This document shows, in pieces, positions 10,990 through 19,708 of a stretch of DNA of 64,000 nucleotides. A program made the translations under genes and the position numbers. Source of the DNA: a virus; the IMG/VR virus record IMGVR_UViG_3300005573_000006, positions 27,308 to 91,307 of that record, one strand, 5' to 3'. Numbering within the stretch: the stretch's first letter is position 1; each line of letters opens with the position of its first letter. The notes under the pieces were generated by a model. It saw only the letters and a program-made list of their open reading frames with translations, was not told the DNA's origin and ran no database searches.

Positions 10990-11433
10990 TTACAATATTT
11001 TATTTTTTATAAACGTTTTTATTTTTTCTTTTGTTAATTTATGAAGTCTTGGGCCACCAAAATAACTTTCTGTTATTTCTTCTCCACATTTTATATCTCT
11101 TAATACTCTTACACCATCGCTATTCGGATTATCAGAATGATTCATTAAACATTGTAAAATAATTATACTATTTGGATGTCTAAAACACATATCTTCTCCT
11201 TCATAAAATATTGTTCTGTCAAGAATCATATCTTGTATTGGTTTTTCTATTAATTTAAAATCTTCTTCGCTAATACATATTCTACCGCGAAAATCTTGTC
11301 CATTGTTTATTACAGTCCCTTTTGGAATGTCTCTAATTGCAAAAACACCAACTCCATGAATTTTAGATGGTTTTATTGTTGCCCACACATCCTTATTTAA
11401 TTTTTCAACTAACAGATTCATATATTTATTCAA
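10990..11433 (-). CDS. SET-domain protein (putative lysine methyltransferase)
   Basis: SKIHGVGVFAIRDIPKGT, MNHSDNPN and RDIKCGEEITESY SET signatures. Confidence 0.9.
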   Translation of the reverse strand: MNKYMNLLVEKLNKDVWATIKPSKIHGVGVFAIRDIPKGTVINNGQDFRGRICISEEDFKLIEKPIQDMILDRTIFYEGEDMCFRHPNSIIILQCLMNHSDNPNSDGVRVLRDIKCGEEITESYFGGPRLHKLTKEKIKTFIKNKIL

Positions 11434-11437
11434 TACA

Positions 11438-12001
11438 TTAGTTATTATTTTTAAATAGTTGTATATTTGACGGCTTTCTTCCCCATTTGTCTATAAATTT
11501 TTTTAAATTATCACTAGATATTTTATCTCTATCAAATAACTTCATTGTTGAAGAAGTGTCACCAACAACCTTTAGTTTTGCATCTTGTAAAAATGGAATA
11601 TTTAATTGTTTTATTCTTTCAAAATAATCATTATCTTCATAATATCCTATCTCAAATCTTTCATCAAAATCACCAACCCCTTCATATACCCATCTGGGCA
11701 TACAAAAGAAACCACCATAAAATTCCTGAACAACACCGTTTACCGACGGACTACATACTCCTTCTGGTTTAGCAATATATTCTAATAATCCTTCTTGTAT
11801 ATATAAATCATTGTTAACAACACAGATATAATCACCGCTTGCAATTTTTAGTCCGCAGTTAACTGCTTTAGCAAATCCTATTTTATCATTTACAATAATT
11901 AAAATTTCATAAGCTCCAACCAGGCTATTAACACATCTTTTAAGTTTTGTGTTTATTTCTTCGTTATATGGATAATGCGGAATTACAACTGATATTTTCA
12001 T
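11438..12001 (-). CDS. Glycosyltransferase family 2
   Basis: MKISVVIP (start 12001), GFAKAVNCG, GDYICVVNND, GDFDERF..GYYEDND. Confidence 0.9.
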   Translation of the reverse strand: MKISVVIPHYPYNEEINTKLKRCVNSLVGAYEILIIVNDKIGFAKAVNCGLKIASGDYICVVNNDLYIQEGLLEYIAKPEGVCSPSVNGVVQEFYGGFFCMPRWVYEGVGDFDERFEIGYYEDNDYFERIKQLNIPFLQDAKLKVVGDTSSTMKLFDRDKISSDNLKKFIDKWGRKPSNIQLFKNNN

Positions 12002-12002
12002 T

Positions 12003-12494
12003 TTATGTGTTATTACTACCGTTTGTTGCATATACAACCAAATAATTTTCTTTTTTATCGCAATGTTGCCACAATTCGTCTTTTATAATCCATTTTCCAA
12101 TCAACATTCTTTTAAACTGATCTTCTGACACGTCGGTATCTATTGCTGCCGATATAATCAAATATTTAGTTTTTAATTTTGATAAAAAATCTTCTGGTTC
12201 TTTTAAGTGTAAAAGTGTATCTAAACAAACTATAGCATCAAACTCATAACTTACCACATTTTTATCGTCAAAATCCACTTCTAAATATTCTCCAGGATAA
12301 TCTATTCTTGCCTGTTTGACAACTTCTGGTTTATCTAAACCGATAACTTTTCTTCCGTTTTTAAGAACTTTTGTGCCATAACCTGTCCTACAGCCAATAT
12401 CACCAACAAGAATATCTTTTGGTAATACTCTATCGGCAAATTCATACTGTTCTAACAAAATCTTTGATTTTCTTTTTAAAACCGAACTATTCAT
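12003..12494 (-). CDS. Class I SAM-dependent methyltransferase
   Basis: DIGCRTGYG, IGLD, FDAIVCLDTLLHL. Confidence 0.8.
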   Translation of the reverse strand: MNSSVLKRKSKILLEQYEFADRVLPKDILVGDIGCRTGYGTKVLKNGRKVIGLDKPEVVKQARIDYPGEYLEVDFDDKNVVSYEFDAIVCLDTLLHLKEPEDFLSKLKTKYLIISAAIDTDVSEDQFKRMLIGKWIIKDELWQHCDKKENYLVVYATNGSNNT

Positions 12495-13255
12495 ATCGTA
12501 TATGTGAAAAAATAACTATCATCTCCGCGTTCATCTTTACATGGAAACATTTTAAACCCATTCTTTTTACCAAACTTATTTAGTATATATTTCAATGTAT
12601 ATTTTCTCAAATGCTCTGGTTTTCTTTCTAACATAATTTTTAAATAATCATCTGAACGTTTTTCTCTAACTATTTTTGGTAAATTTATAATAATTGTTCC
12701 GCCATCCTTAGCGACATTTTCCATTGCTTCTATTGTTGCATTATCATCTAAAACATGTTCTAATACATCGAACGCAGTTATTATATCAAATTTCTTGTTC
12801 CAAATATTAGAAATATCTTGTGCTCGCATATTAAAAAAATCACAGTTCAAATTATTAATCTTCGATTCATAGTTTGACATTGCCTGATTAATTATGTCAA
12901 CACCATATCCAAATATTGTTGGAAACTCTTTAACAATGCTCATTAAAAAAGAACCATTAAGACAACCGATATCTAACATAAATACTTCTTTTTTATCCTT
13001 TACAATATCTGCTATAATACTTCTTGCAATTTTAAACTTTTGAAAATCTTGTATATCTGATGGCCCCGTCCAATACCTTTCACCAGGATGTAATTCTTGA
13101 TATTCTATGTCTTTATATCTCTTTTCAATTATCTTTCTAACAAGATTGTCTTTTGGTAATTTAACACAAAGTTTTCTGGCATTGTCCATATCATTATCAA
13201 GATACATCCAGGCTATTTTTTTTTCTAAACTTTCTTTCATATTATATATCACCAC
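12491..13255 (-). CDS. Class I SAM-dependent methyltransferase
   Basis: MLDIGCLNG, YGVDI, FDIITAFDVLEHV, EHLRKY. Confidence 0.85.
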   Translation of the reverse strand: MVIYNMKESLEKKIAWMYLDNDMDNARKLCVKLPKDNLVRKIIEKRYKDIEYQELHPGERYWTGPSDIQDFQKFKIARSIIADIVKDKKEVFMLDIGCLNGSFLMSIVKEFPTIFGYGVDIINQAMSNYESKINNLNCDFFNMRAQDISNIWNKKFDIITAFDVLEHVLDDNATIEAMENVAKDGGTIIINLPKIVREKRSDDYLKIMLERKPEHLRKYTLKYILNKFGKKNGFKMFPCKDERGDDSYFFTYTI

Positions 13256-14135
13256 AAAGCAATAATTCTATACCCCTTTTAAGATTTTCCGCGTAATGCC
13301 TACTTGTCCATTTAGACATAATATATTCGTGTCCGCCCTTCGTTCCCTTCAATTTTTTTATAGCATCTCGAATTGCATTTTCTTCTGGTTTAACAACTAA
13401 ACCAACGCCAGATTCTTCTACATATTCAATATTTTTTGGAGAATCATTCATTACTATTGGCGGAACATTACATGCAAGTGATTCCAATGTCATTCTTTGT
13501 CCACCGCCCCAAAAAGATGCAGTGTTTACTGCTGTATGAGACATATTTATATATTTAACTAGTTCATTTACATCCATTTCATCATGAACTTCAACTCCTT
13601 TTTCTACACATATATTATAACAATGATCTTCTGTTGAATCTCCTTTTCTACCTATAGCAATGCCTTTATTCCCCAATGCTGCAGAAAACAAATCGTGTCT
13701 TTTCCAATTACAAAATGTTCCCCAAAAAGCACCATCATATTTTTTTTCTAAATCCATTGGTTTAAACGAATCTTCATTAATACCAAAAGCCCTAATCCAT
13801 GGTCTGCCGAAATATTCTAACTCTTCTTCATTTATTTTACTTTCTACAAAATATAAATCAAATCCAGTTACATTATCATAAGTTATTGGGCCGCCACCAA
13901 ATAATATTGCTTTTTTAAACGGCAGTTTGACTACTTCTGGTTTATATTTATGATCACATAATGGACCCCAAAACAATACAACATCTGGATTAAACTCATA
14001 TATTTTTTTATCATTAGGTTCTAGATAAATAATATCATAATCTTCTTCCAATCTCTTCATTGCTCGCCAAAGTCCATCTTTACACTGATTACCAAACCTA
14101 TGTATTCCATTCCAAAGAAATGCTATTTTATTCAT
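13242..14135 (-). CDS. Glycosyltransferase (GT-B, GT4-like)
   Basis: GTFCNWKRHDLF and GGGQRMTLESLACNVPPIV GT-B C-terminal signature. Confidence 0.85.
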   Translation of the reverse strand: MNKIAFLWNGIHRFGNQCKDGLWRAMKRLEEDYDIIYLEPNDKKIYEFNPDVVLFWGPLCDHKYKPEVVKLPFKKAILFGGGPITYDNVTGFDLYFVESKINEEELEYFGRPWIRAFGINEDSFKPMDLEKKYDGAFWGTFCNWKRHDLFSAALGNKGIAIGRKGDSTEDHCYNICVEKGVEVHDEMDVNELVKYINMSHTAVNTASFWGGGQRMTLESLACNVPPIVMNDSPKNIEYVEESGVGLVVKPEENAIRDAIKKLKGTKGGHEYIMSKWTSRHYAENLKRGIELLLCGDI

Positions 14136-14459
14136 TTATTTACCCAGTATTTTATTCCAAAAATCAGCACCAATACCGCTATCCGTATCATTTTGTCGTT
14201 TAGACTGGATAGCTTCGTCTTCTTCATATTTTTGCATCAAATCATTTACTCCGGTATTGCCAGGATTATCTTTGTCTTCCCAGTTAACGTCAACCTCAAC
14301 GGTAGCGCCACAAAGTAAACATTTCATTGATACAAGTGTGGTTGTTCCTCCAGATATTTGCATTTTTGTTTTACTATCATCAAAAACATGATGTCCAGCA
14401 GCACAACCAGTTTCTTTACTACCAATTTTTTCTACTTTTGTTAAATCTACTTCTTCCAT
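14136..14459 (-). CDS. Hypothetical protein, possible Zn ligands (C..GHH, CxxC)
   Basis: Likely start MEEVDL at 14459, abutting the upstream stop. Confidence 0.6.
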   Translation of the reverse strand: MEEVDLTKVEKIGSKETGCAAGHHVFDDSKTKMQISGGTTTLVSMKCLLCGATVEVDVNWEDKDNPGNTGVNDLMQKYEEDEAIQSKRQNDTDSGIGADFWNKILGK

Positions 14460-14460
14460 A

Positions 14461-16902
14461 TTATTTATTAAATACTTCAATCCATTTTTCACATGTTTTT
14501 TCCCATGTAAATGATTTTGCGTATTCAATTAATTCTTTTCTCATTAATTCATATTTATTTACATTAGTAATATATTCTACAATTTTATCAGCAACTTCTT
14601 CTACATTTTCAACACCATAATCAACGCCTTCTCTGATATTTCTGTCCCAGTTTGTATAATTCACATCAGAATGTATTTTAATACCCTTACAAAATTCACC
14701 CTGAGCAAACACATCTGTTGTCAATGGAATACAACCAGCCAACATTGCCTTCATACCACTTATAAATCCTATTTCGAAAAAGTTACTCGGATATAATAAT
14801 AGTCCTGCTTCTAAATATTTATCAGTAATTTTGTCTTGCGATAGTTTTATACCACTATCCTCGGTCATAATACCCATATCTTTTAGTTCTTGCATTTCGT
14901 TGATAGCATCAGATTTCCACTTCATCATATCATTATCATTAGAAAATTCTACATCCCAAACATTAAAACCATAATAATGGGCAAATTTAAGTTTTGATTT
15001 CAGTTCGTCCGATAATTTATTATAAGCAAGTTTAACCGCTTTTATTGATGTCCTGATACCCCTATCTGGAGAAGATGTATTAAGTATCAAATAAGGATTT
15101 TTAACAACAGTATTTCTTTTCTTATCAAACTCATCTATGTCTAATCCATGTGGTATAACAATAGCTTTATCATCTGGAATATTTGTATAATAATCCCTTT
15201 GAACCTTGCTTTTGAATAAAACACCAGTTACTTTCTTTAATCTAGATGGCGTAAACTCGGCCGGAGGCACTACATCATGTATATCTACAAATATTTTGTC
15301 TGAATTAATATCAAAATCAAGATATCTTGGTGCTCTCCAAATAATAGTTATATCTTGTTTATCCCCACAATTCCATCCCATAAATGGTTTCCAAAAAACA
15401 CCATCAACAACATACTCTTGTTGTCTTGGAGTATTACAATAAACCGTAACGTTATATCCATTGTTTTTAATTCTTTTTGCTAATTGAACTATTGCTTCTT
15501 CGGATCCACCAAACCCATCTGTTATTGCTGTCCCTGGATACCATTCATGAACGGTAAATCCACAATAAATAACAACATCTTTACCGGAAGATTCTGTTTT
15601 TACAATATATCTATTTCTTAAAGACACAAGTGGCGGATAAAACTTCATATCTTCCGGGACAGATTCAAGTAGTTTTATTATTTCTTCCTTAGACTTGAGG
15701 CTTTTTGCTTTTTTATAAATATTATCGGCAAAATCAAATTTCTTTACTTCACCACTAAGTGATTTGATTAAATCTTTTATTTTAGTATCTTTCGGTCTAA
15801 TTTTTAGACATTTTCTAAAGTTCTTGATGGCGTCTCTTGGTTTATTTATAGCTAAATATGCCTTACCGAGTAGAAGTCGAGAATTATAAGTATAATCTAG
15901 GGGATTCCATACTATCATTTCTGTCTCTAATGGATCTTTAGTAAAACCCATTTCAAACATTTCTATAGCATTTCTGTGTTTGCCTATATCAGAATACATT
16001 TGTCCCAACAAAAAATATGGGTCCGGATACCATGGCCTAAGAGAAAGTGCTTCTAATGCGCATCCTATCCCCCTAGCATAATCTTTTATATTTTTATATG
16101 CTATTGCAAGTCTCTGCCAAGATAAAAATCTTTCTTCGTCCGAGTTAGATAGGTCTAAAAACTGTAAATATATTTCTATCGCTTTATGATTTTGCCCGGA
16201 CATTAAATATGAATTTGCTAGGTTCCAATAACTATGAGGATCTTTTGGGTTTTCTATAACAGCTTTTTCTGCTATTTCAACATTTCTTAAGGCAGAATTG
16301 GCAGTTCTTTCTTTATCGGTAAGATGTAATACATTAATATCTTTGTTTAAAACAGAAGTTATTTCTCTGTTTTCCTGAAAATCTTCATGTATTTGATTAA
16401 CCCATTTAACACAACCATCATTTCTTACAATGCGTGTTTTTAGATGTTCAACTATTGGATTACCGTATTCGTCAAAGTCATATTTATATTTCAAGATAAT
16501 AGCATCAACATGATTTTGATATGCTGTTTCTACAACATTTCTAATAAGTTGAGGATTTTCCCATATATCATCCGTATCCGTCCACACGATCATGTCATAT
16601 TCAGGCGGAACTTGAGAAAAATTAAAATTTCGTGCCGCAGAAAAATCATTAATCCACTCAAATTTAGAAATATTTGCATTATATTTTTTAGCTACCTCTA
16701 CACATTTATCATTATCTCCAGTTATTGTAATAAATATTCCATCTACATATTTTGCCAATCCATCGGTTTTAGATATATCTATATTTTTATGATAATCACT
16801 TAATTGTGATTTTTTTATTCCGCCAAGACATCTGTCTAAAAGTTCAGATTCTCTATCTGATCCTTTAACAATCATACATAATGCTAATTTAAGTTTATTC
16901 AT
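14461..16902 (-). CDS. Multidomain glycosyltransferase: GT2 + TPR repeats + GT-B
   Basis: LALCMIVK, WINDFSAARN, WTDTDD, IHE (GT2); TPR-like helices; GFGGSEEA, SSPDRG, YPSNFFEIGFISGMKAMLAGCIP (GT-B); likely start 16902. Confidence 0.9.
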   Translation of the reverse strand: MNKLKLALCMIVKGSDRESELLDRCLGGIKKSQLSDYHKNIDISKTDGLAKYVDGIFITITGDNDKCVEVAKKYNANISKFEWINDFSAARNFNFSQVPPEYDMIVWTDTDDIWENPQLIRNVVETAYQNHVDAIILKYKYDFDEYGNPIVEHLKTRIVRNDGCVKWVNQIHEDFQENREITSVLNKDINVLHLTDKERTANSALRNVEIAEKAVIENPKDPHSYWNLANSYLMSGQNHKAIEIYLQFLDLSNSDEERFLSWQRLAIAYKNIKDYARGIGCALEALSLRPWYPDPYFLLGQMYSDIGKHRNAIEMFEMGFTKDPLETEMIVWNPLDYTYNSRLLLGKAYLAINKPRDAIKNFRKCLKIRPKDTKIKDLIKSLSGEVKKFDFADNIYKKAKSLKSKEEIIKLLESVPEDMKFYPPLVSLRNRYIVKTESSGKDVVIYCGFTVHEWYPGTAITDGFGGSEEAIVQLAKRIKNNGYNVTVYCNTPRQQEYVVDGVFWKPFMGWNCGDKQDITIIWRAPRYLDFDINSDKIFVDIHDVVPPAEFTPSRLKKVTGVLFKSKVQRDYYTNIPDDKAIVIPHGLDIDEFDKKRNTVVKNPYLILNTSSPDRGIRTSIKAVKLAYNKLSDELKSKLKFAHYYGFNVWDVEFSNDNDMMKWKSDAINEMQELKDMGIMTEDSGIKLSQDKITDKYLEAGLLLYPSNFFEIGFISGMKAMLAGCIPLTTDVFAQGEFCKGIKIHSDVNYTNWDRNIREGVDYGVENVEEVADKIVEYITNVNKYELMRKELIEYAKSFTWEKTCEKWIEVFNK

Positions 16903-16903
16903 A

Positions 16904-17308
16904 TTAGTATTTAGATGAAACCCTAAATTGTGGAAATTCATTATAAAACCACTCGGCCTCATTGAGTTTTTTATTTGCTTCTTCAGACAAAAACGGCGGA
17001 TCTTTTATTACCATATTTATTCTGGTATGTAAAGAGCTTGGTATACTAAACAATACCCTAATATCGCTTGCATCATCGGCAGAAAATTCATTTTTACTTA
17101 ACTCTCTCCTTCTTTTTAAATTATTCTGAAACTTATCCATTTCAGAGCCGTATTTTTGTTGCCATATTTCTACCATAATTCTAATAATTCTTCTTCTTTC
17201 ACTTTCTTCTGGATATTTATCTATAATAAATTTAGTAATACCAGCAAAAATAGGGTCGCTAAAAGTTTGCTCTTGAATAAATTTTTCAAGTTGTTTATTA
17301 TCTTCCAT
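16904..17308 (-). CDS. Hypothetical protein downstream of the capsid gene
   Basis: 134-aa ORF in operon orientation. Confidence 0.7.
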   Translation of the reverse strand: MEDNKQLEKFIQEQTFSDPIFAGITKFIIDKYPEESERRRIIRIMVEIWQQKYGSEMDKFQNNLKRRRELSKNEFSADDASDIRVLFSIPSSLHTRINMVIKDPPFLSEEANKKLNEAEWFYNEFPQFRVSSKY

Positions 17309-17340
17309 ATTATTTTAGAGTGCTAATTTATTTTTACTTA

Positions 17341-17401
17341 TTAGTTGCGTTCACTATGCCTCAGACAATCCATAGTGACAGAAAGTCCGAGACACAACCA
17401 A
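17341..17401 (-). ncRNA. Compact pseudoknotted RNA element in the major capsid 3' UTR
   Basis: Minus strand: P1 UUGGUUGUGU/ACGCAACUAA, P2 UCACUAUG/CAUAGUGA, bulge CUCGGAC pairs with loop GUCUGAG. Confidence 0.55.
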
Positions 17402-17418
17402 TTCTATTAGGTTATTCC

Positions 17419-18318
17419 TTAATCATAATCGAATCCGTCAGCGTAGAAGTTAATCGTCTTATTTCTGACTTCGAGAGTCAAATCACCTACAACTGCGCGG
17501 AAATCATAATCGCCCGCTCTTTGCAAACCAGTATCAAGATATGGATTACGCAAATAGGCAATTCTCAATGTATCAGGTTTGACACCCAATACTGCACCCG
17601 CTGTGACCACCCTGTGGTAATGAGCATTAAGCCTTCCAAAAGAAGTGCTAATGACATCAACCGCCTGGGCAACCTCGTTAGCAGGAACCTGAACCAGAGT
17701 GCTTGACTTTTGTGTAAATGTATCCATCACATATTTCAGGAAGGACCCCATAAACACGTCGGTAGCAGCATCGCCATTCGAGTTTTCCACATTTGCCCGC
17801 ATTAATCCGTTTAAGATTGAAGCAGCAAAAGCGGTACCAGAAGAATGAGAAGTATGATTTGTGGCCTGTGAAGTACCGTAAATTATACCGTTCATCTTTG
17901 GTGTCGTTCCAGAAGCGCCAGAAGTAAGTGCACTAAGTACTAAATCGTACTCAGCGGCATTACCCCATTCCTTAAGCGCTTTTGTAGTCTGGCGAGCAAG
18001 TTCATTCTCCCCAAAATAGTGTTGAACCAACTGTTGAGTTCGCGAAACCTTAAACGGAATCGCAATTTTTTCAACTATATTGGTAACTAAAGAAGGAAGA
18101 GTTCTAGCAGCGGCGGTAAAATCATCAGCCTCAGAAACGGCCGCGGATGCGGTTGTTCTGAGTGTATCCGTCATAGTGCTATGAACTGTGCTAATAGCGG
18201 TTGTTTTGCCTAAATTTTGTAAGAACCAGGTTTCTGATGCTGTTAAAATTTCAATCAATCCAACAACATCAGCTTTTATGTTTACGTCTTGATAACTTCG
18301 GACAATATTATCAGCCAA
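17419..18318 (-). CDS. Major capsid protein (DUF5309/SU10-like)
   Basis: 299 aa after the scaffold; VSRTQQ, ELARQTTKALKE, KMNGI, LQRAGDYD..VVGDLTLEVRN pattern. Confidence 0.85.
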   Translation of the reverse strand: MADNIVRSYQDVNIKADVVGLIEILTASETWFLQNLGKTTAISTVHSTMTDTLRTTASAAVSEADDFTAAARTLPSLVTNIVEKIAIPFKVSRTQQLVQHYFGENELARQTTKALKEWGNAAEYDLVLSALTSGASGTTPKMNGIIYGTSQATNHTSHSSGTAFAASILNGLMRANVENSNGDAATDVFMGSFLKYVMDTFTQKSSTLVQVPANEVAQAVDVISTSFGRLNAHYHRVVTAGAVLGVKPDTLRIAYLRNPYLDTGLQRAGDYDFRAVVGDLTLEVRNKTINFYADGFDYD

Positions 18319-18330
18319 GTTTTTTTGACA

Positions 18331-19158
18331 CTATAGTCCAAGAACTTCTGAAACTAATGCCTGTTGTTCTTCAAGAGAAGATTTCCCAGACACTACCCGT
18401 TTCCCCAGTTCTTCGACTTTTTTAGTGTCGAATTTAGTTTTGTTACTTGGGGTAACTATCGGGTTTTTTGTAGTCGCTTCTTTTGCCTTAAGTTCAATTA
18501 GATCCTTGAGAGGAGAAGTCTCATAAGCCTCAATATAAGATATGCCTTTTGCTTTTGCAATTAATGCAACTTCTTCGGCAACCTCATGGGCATTAGGATA
18601 CTTCCTTTCTAGAGATAATAACTGATTATCGTGCTCTAATTTCTCAAGACGCTTCTCCAACTCCGGGTCAGATGGTTCTTTTTTAGGAGCCACTTCCGGT
18701 TTGGTTTCTTGCGGTTTCTGCGGAGGATTTAAAACCAAATCTGTCAAATATGTTTCTAACTCTTTTATATCAGTCTTGCCAAATTTTTGAGTAAGATTTG
18801 TTAAAATCTTCTCTGCTTCTCTGGCTTTAGCAATATTTTGATCGCCAACCAAACTGTTCAAATTTGTTAGAAACTTTTGAGCATCTTCTAGTTTCTCGAA
18901 TTTTCTACCCGTAGAAGTCTCTATTAACTTAAGTGCAACGGTGTTCGCATCTACACCGTCAGAAGAGATTTCCTGAGTAGCAACATCCGCTGTGCCTCCT
19001 GATGGCTTAGCAACCTCGGGTTCTGTAATTGGATTCATTACACCACCCGTTTTTTGCTGTTGAATACCTTCCGAGATACGCTCGCGGATTGCCTCCGCTT
19101 CGCTTGTCCCTTCGGTTTCTACAGGGTCGGCTACGTCTTCGGGTTTGTTGTTATTCAT
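18331..19158 (-). CDS. Capsid scaffolding protein
   Basis: Acidic, Pro-rich, coiled-coil; immediately upstream of the capsid gene. Confidence 0.7.
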   Translation of the reverse strand: MNNNKPEDVADPVETEGTSEAEAIRERISEGIQQQKTGGVMNPITEPEVAKPSGGTADVATQEISSDGVDANTVALKLIETSTGRKFEKLEDAQKFLTNLNSLVGDQNIAKAREAEKILTNLTQKFGKTDIKELETYLTDLVLNPPQKPQETKPEVAPKKEPSDPELEKRLEKLEHDNQLLSLERKYPNAHEVAEEVALIAKAKGISYIEAYETSPLKDLIELKAKEATTKNPIVTPSNKTKFDTKKVEELGKRVVSGKSSLEEQQALVSEVLGL

Positions 19159-19332
19159 TTTTTACGATAGATACGCCTTGTATTCCCATAAGATAGAATG
19201 ACATAAGTCAAGCAATTTCTTTTGGGGATAACTCGGCATACCTATTATTAAACTCCCTCGAGTTATCGGATTCCATCGACCTAATGAATCCCAGGAAGCG
19301 CGGATATATTATCCGCAACTCTTGGCATTCAT

Positions 19333-19668
19333 CTATTCAACAACTTTGTAAAGTTCTTGTCCCTTTTCTTTTTTTTCTAATATAGACATTATCATATCTG
19401 CATCAGCCACATAACCTTCTATTAATGTTTGAATTTCAGAAAGATAATCAGCCGCCATAGCCCTTCCTTCAACTAAAATTTCTGCTTTTTTATTAGAAGA
19501 TAATAAAGATTTTTTAATATCTCTTATGTCAACTAATCCCTTAATCATACTATCTATTATTGGTTTTACAAGTTCAAGCCATTCACGAGACTGCAAAAAA
19601 TTTCGAGCCATATTGCCGAACTCTATTCTTCTTTTTTGCTCGGTTTCTATTTCTTTTGTTTTATCCAT
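19333..19668 (-). CDS. Small head-morphogenesis protein between portal and scaffold
   Basis: Helical 111-aa ORF (FLQSREW) in the conserved portal-scaffold position; own promoter. Confidence 0.6.
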   Translation of the reverse strand: MDKTKEIETEQKRRIEFGNMARNFLQSREWLELVKPIIDSMIKGLVDIRDIKKSLLSSNKKAEILVEGRAMAADYLSEIQTLIEGYVADADMIMSILEKKEKGQELYKVVE

Positions 19669-19676
19669 TTTATATT

Positions 19677-19705
19677 ATTCTAACACAAAACAACGATTTT
19701 ATCAA
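19677..19705 (-). promoter_or_regulatory. Sigma70-type promoter TTGATA-N17-TAGAAT with extended -10
   Basis: Minus strand ttgata aaatcgttgttttgtgt tagaat, 8 nt before ATG 19668. Confidence 0.65.
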
Positions 19706-19708
19706 GTG

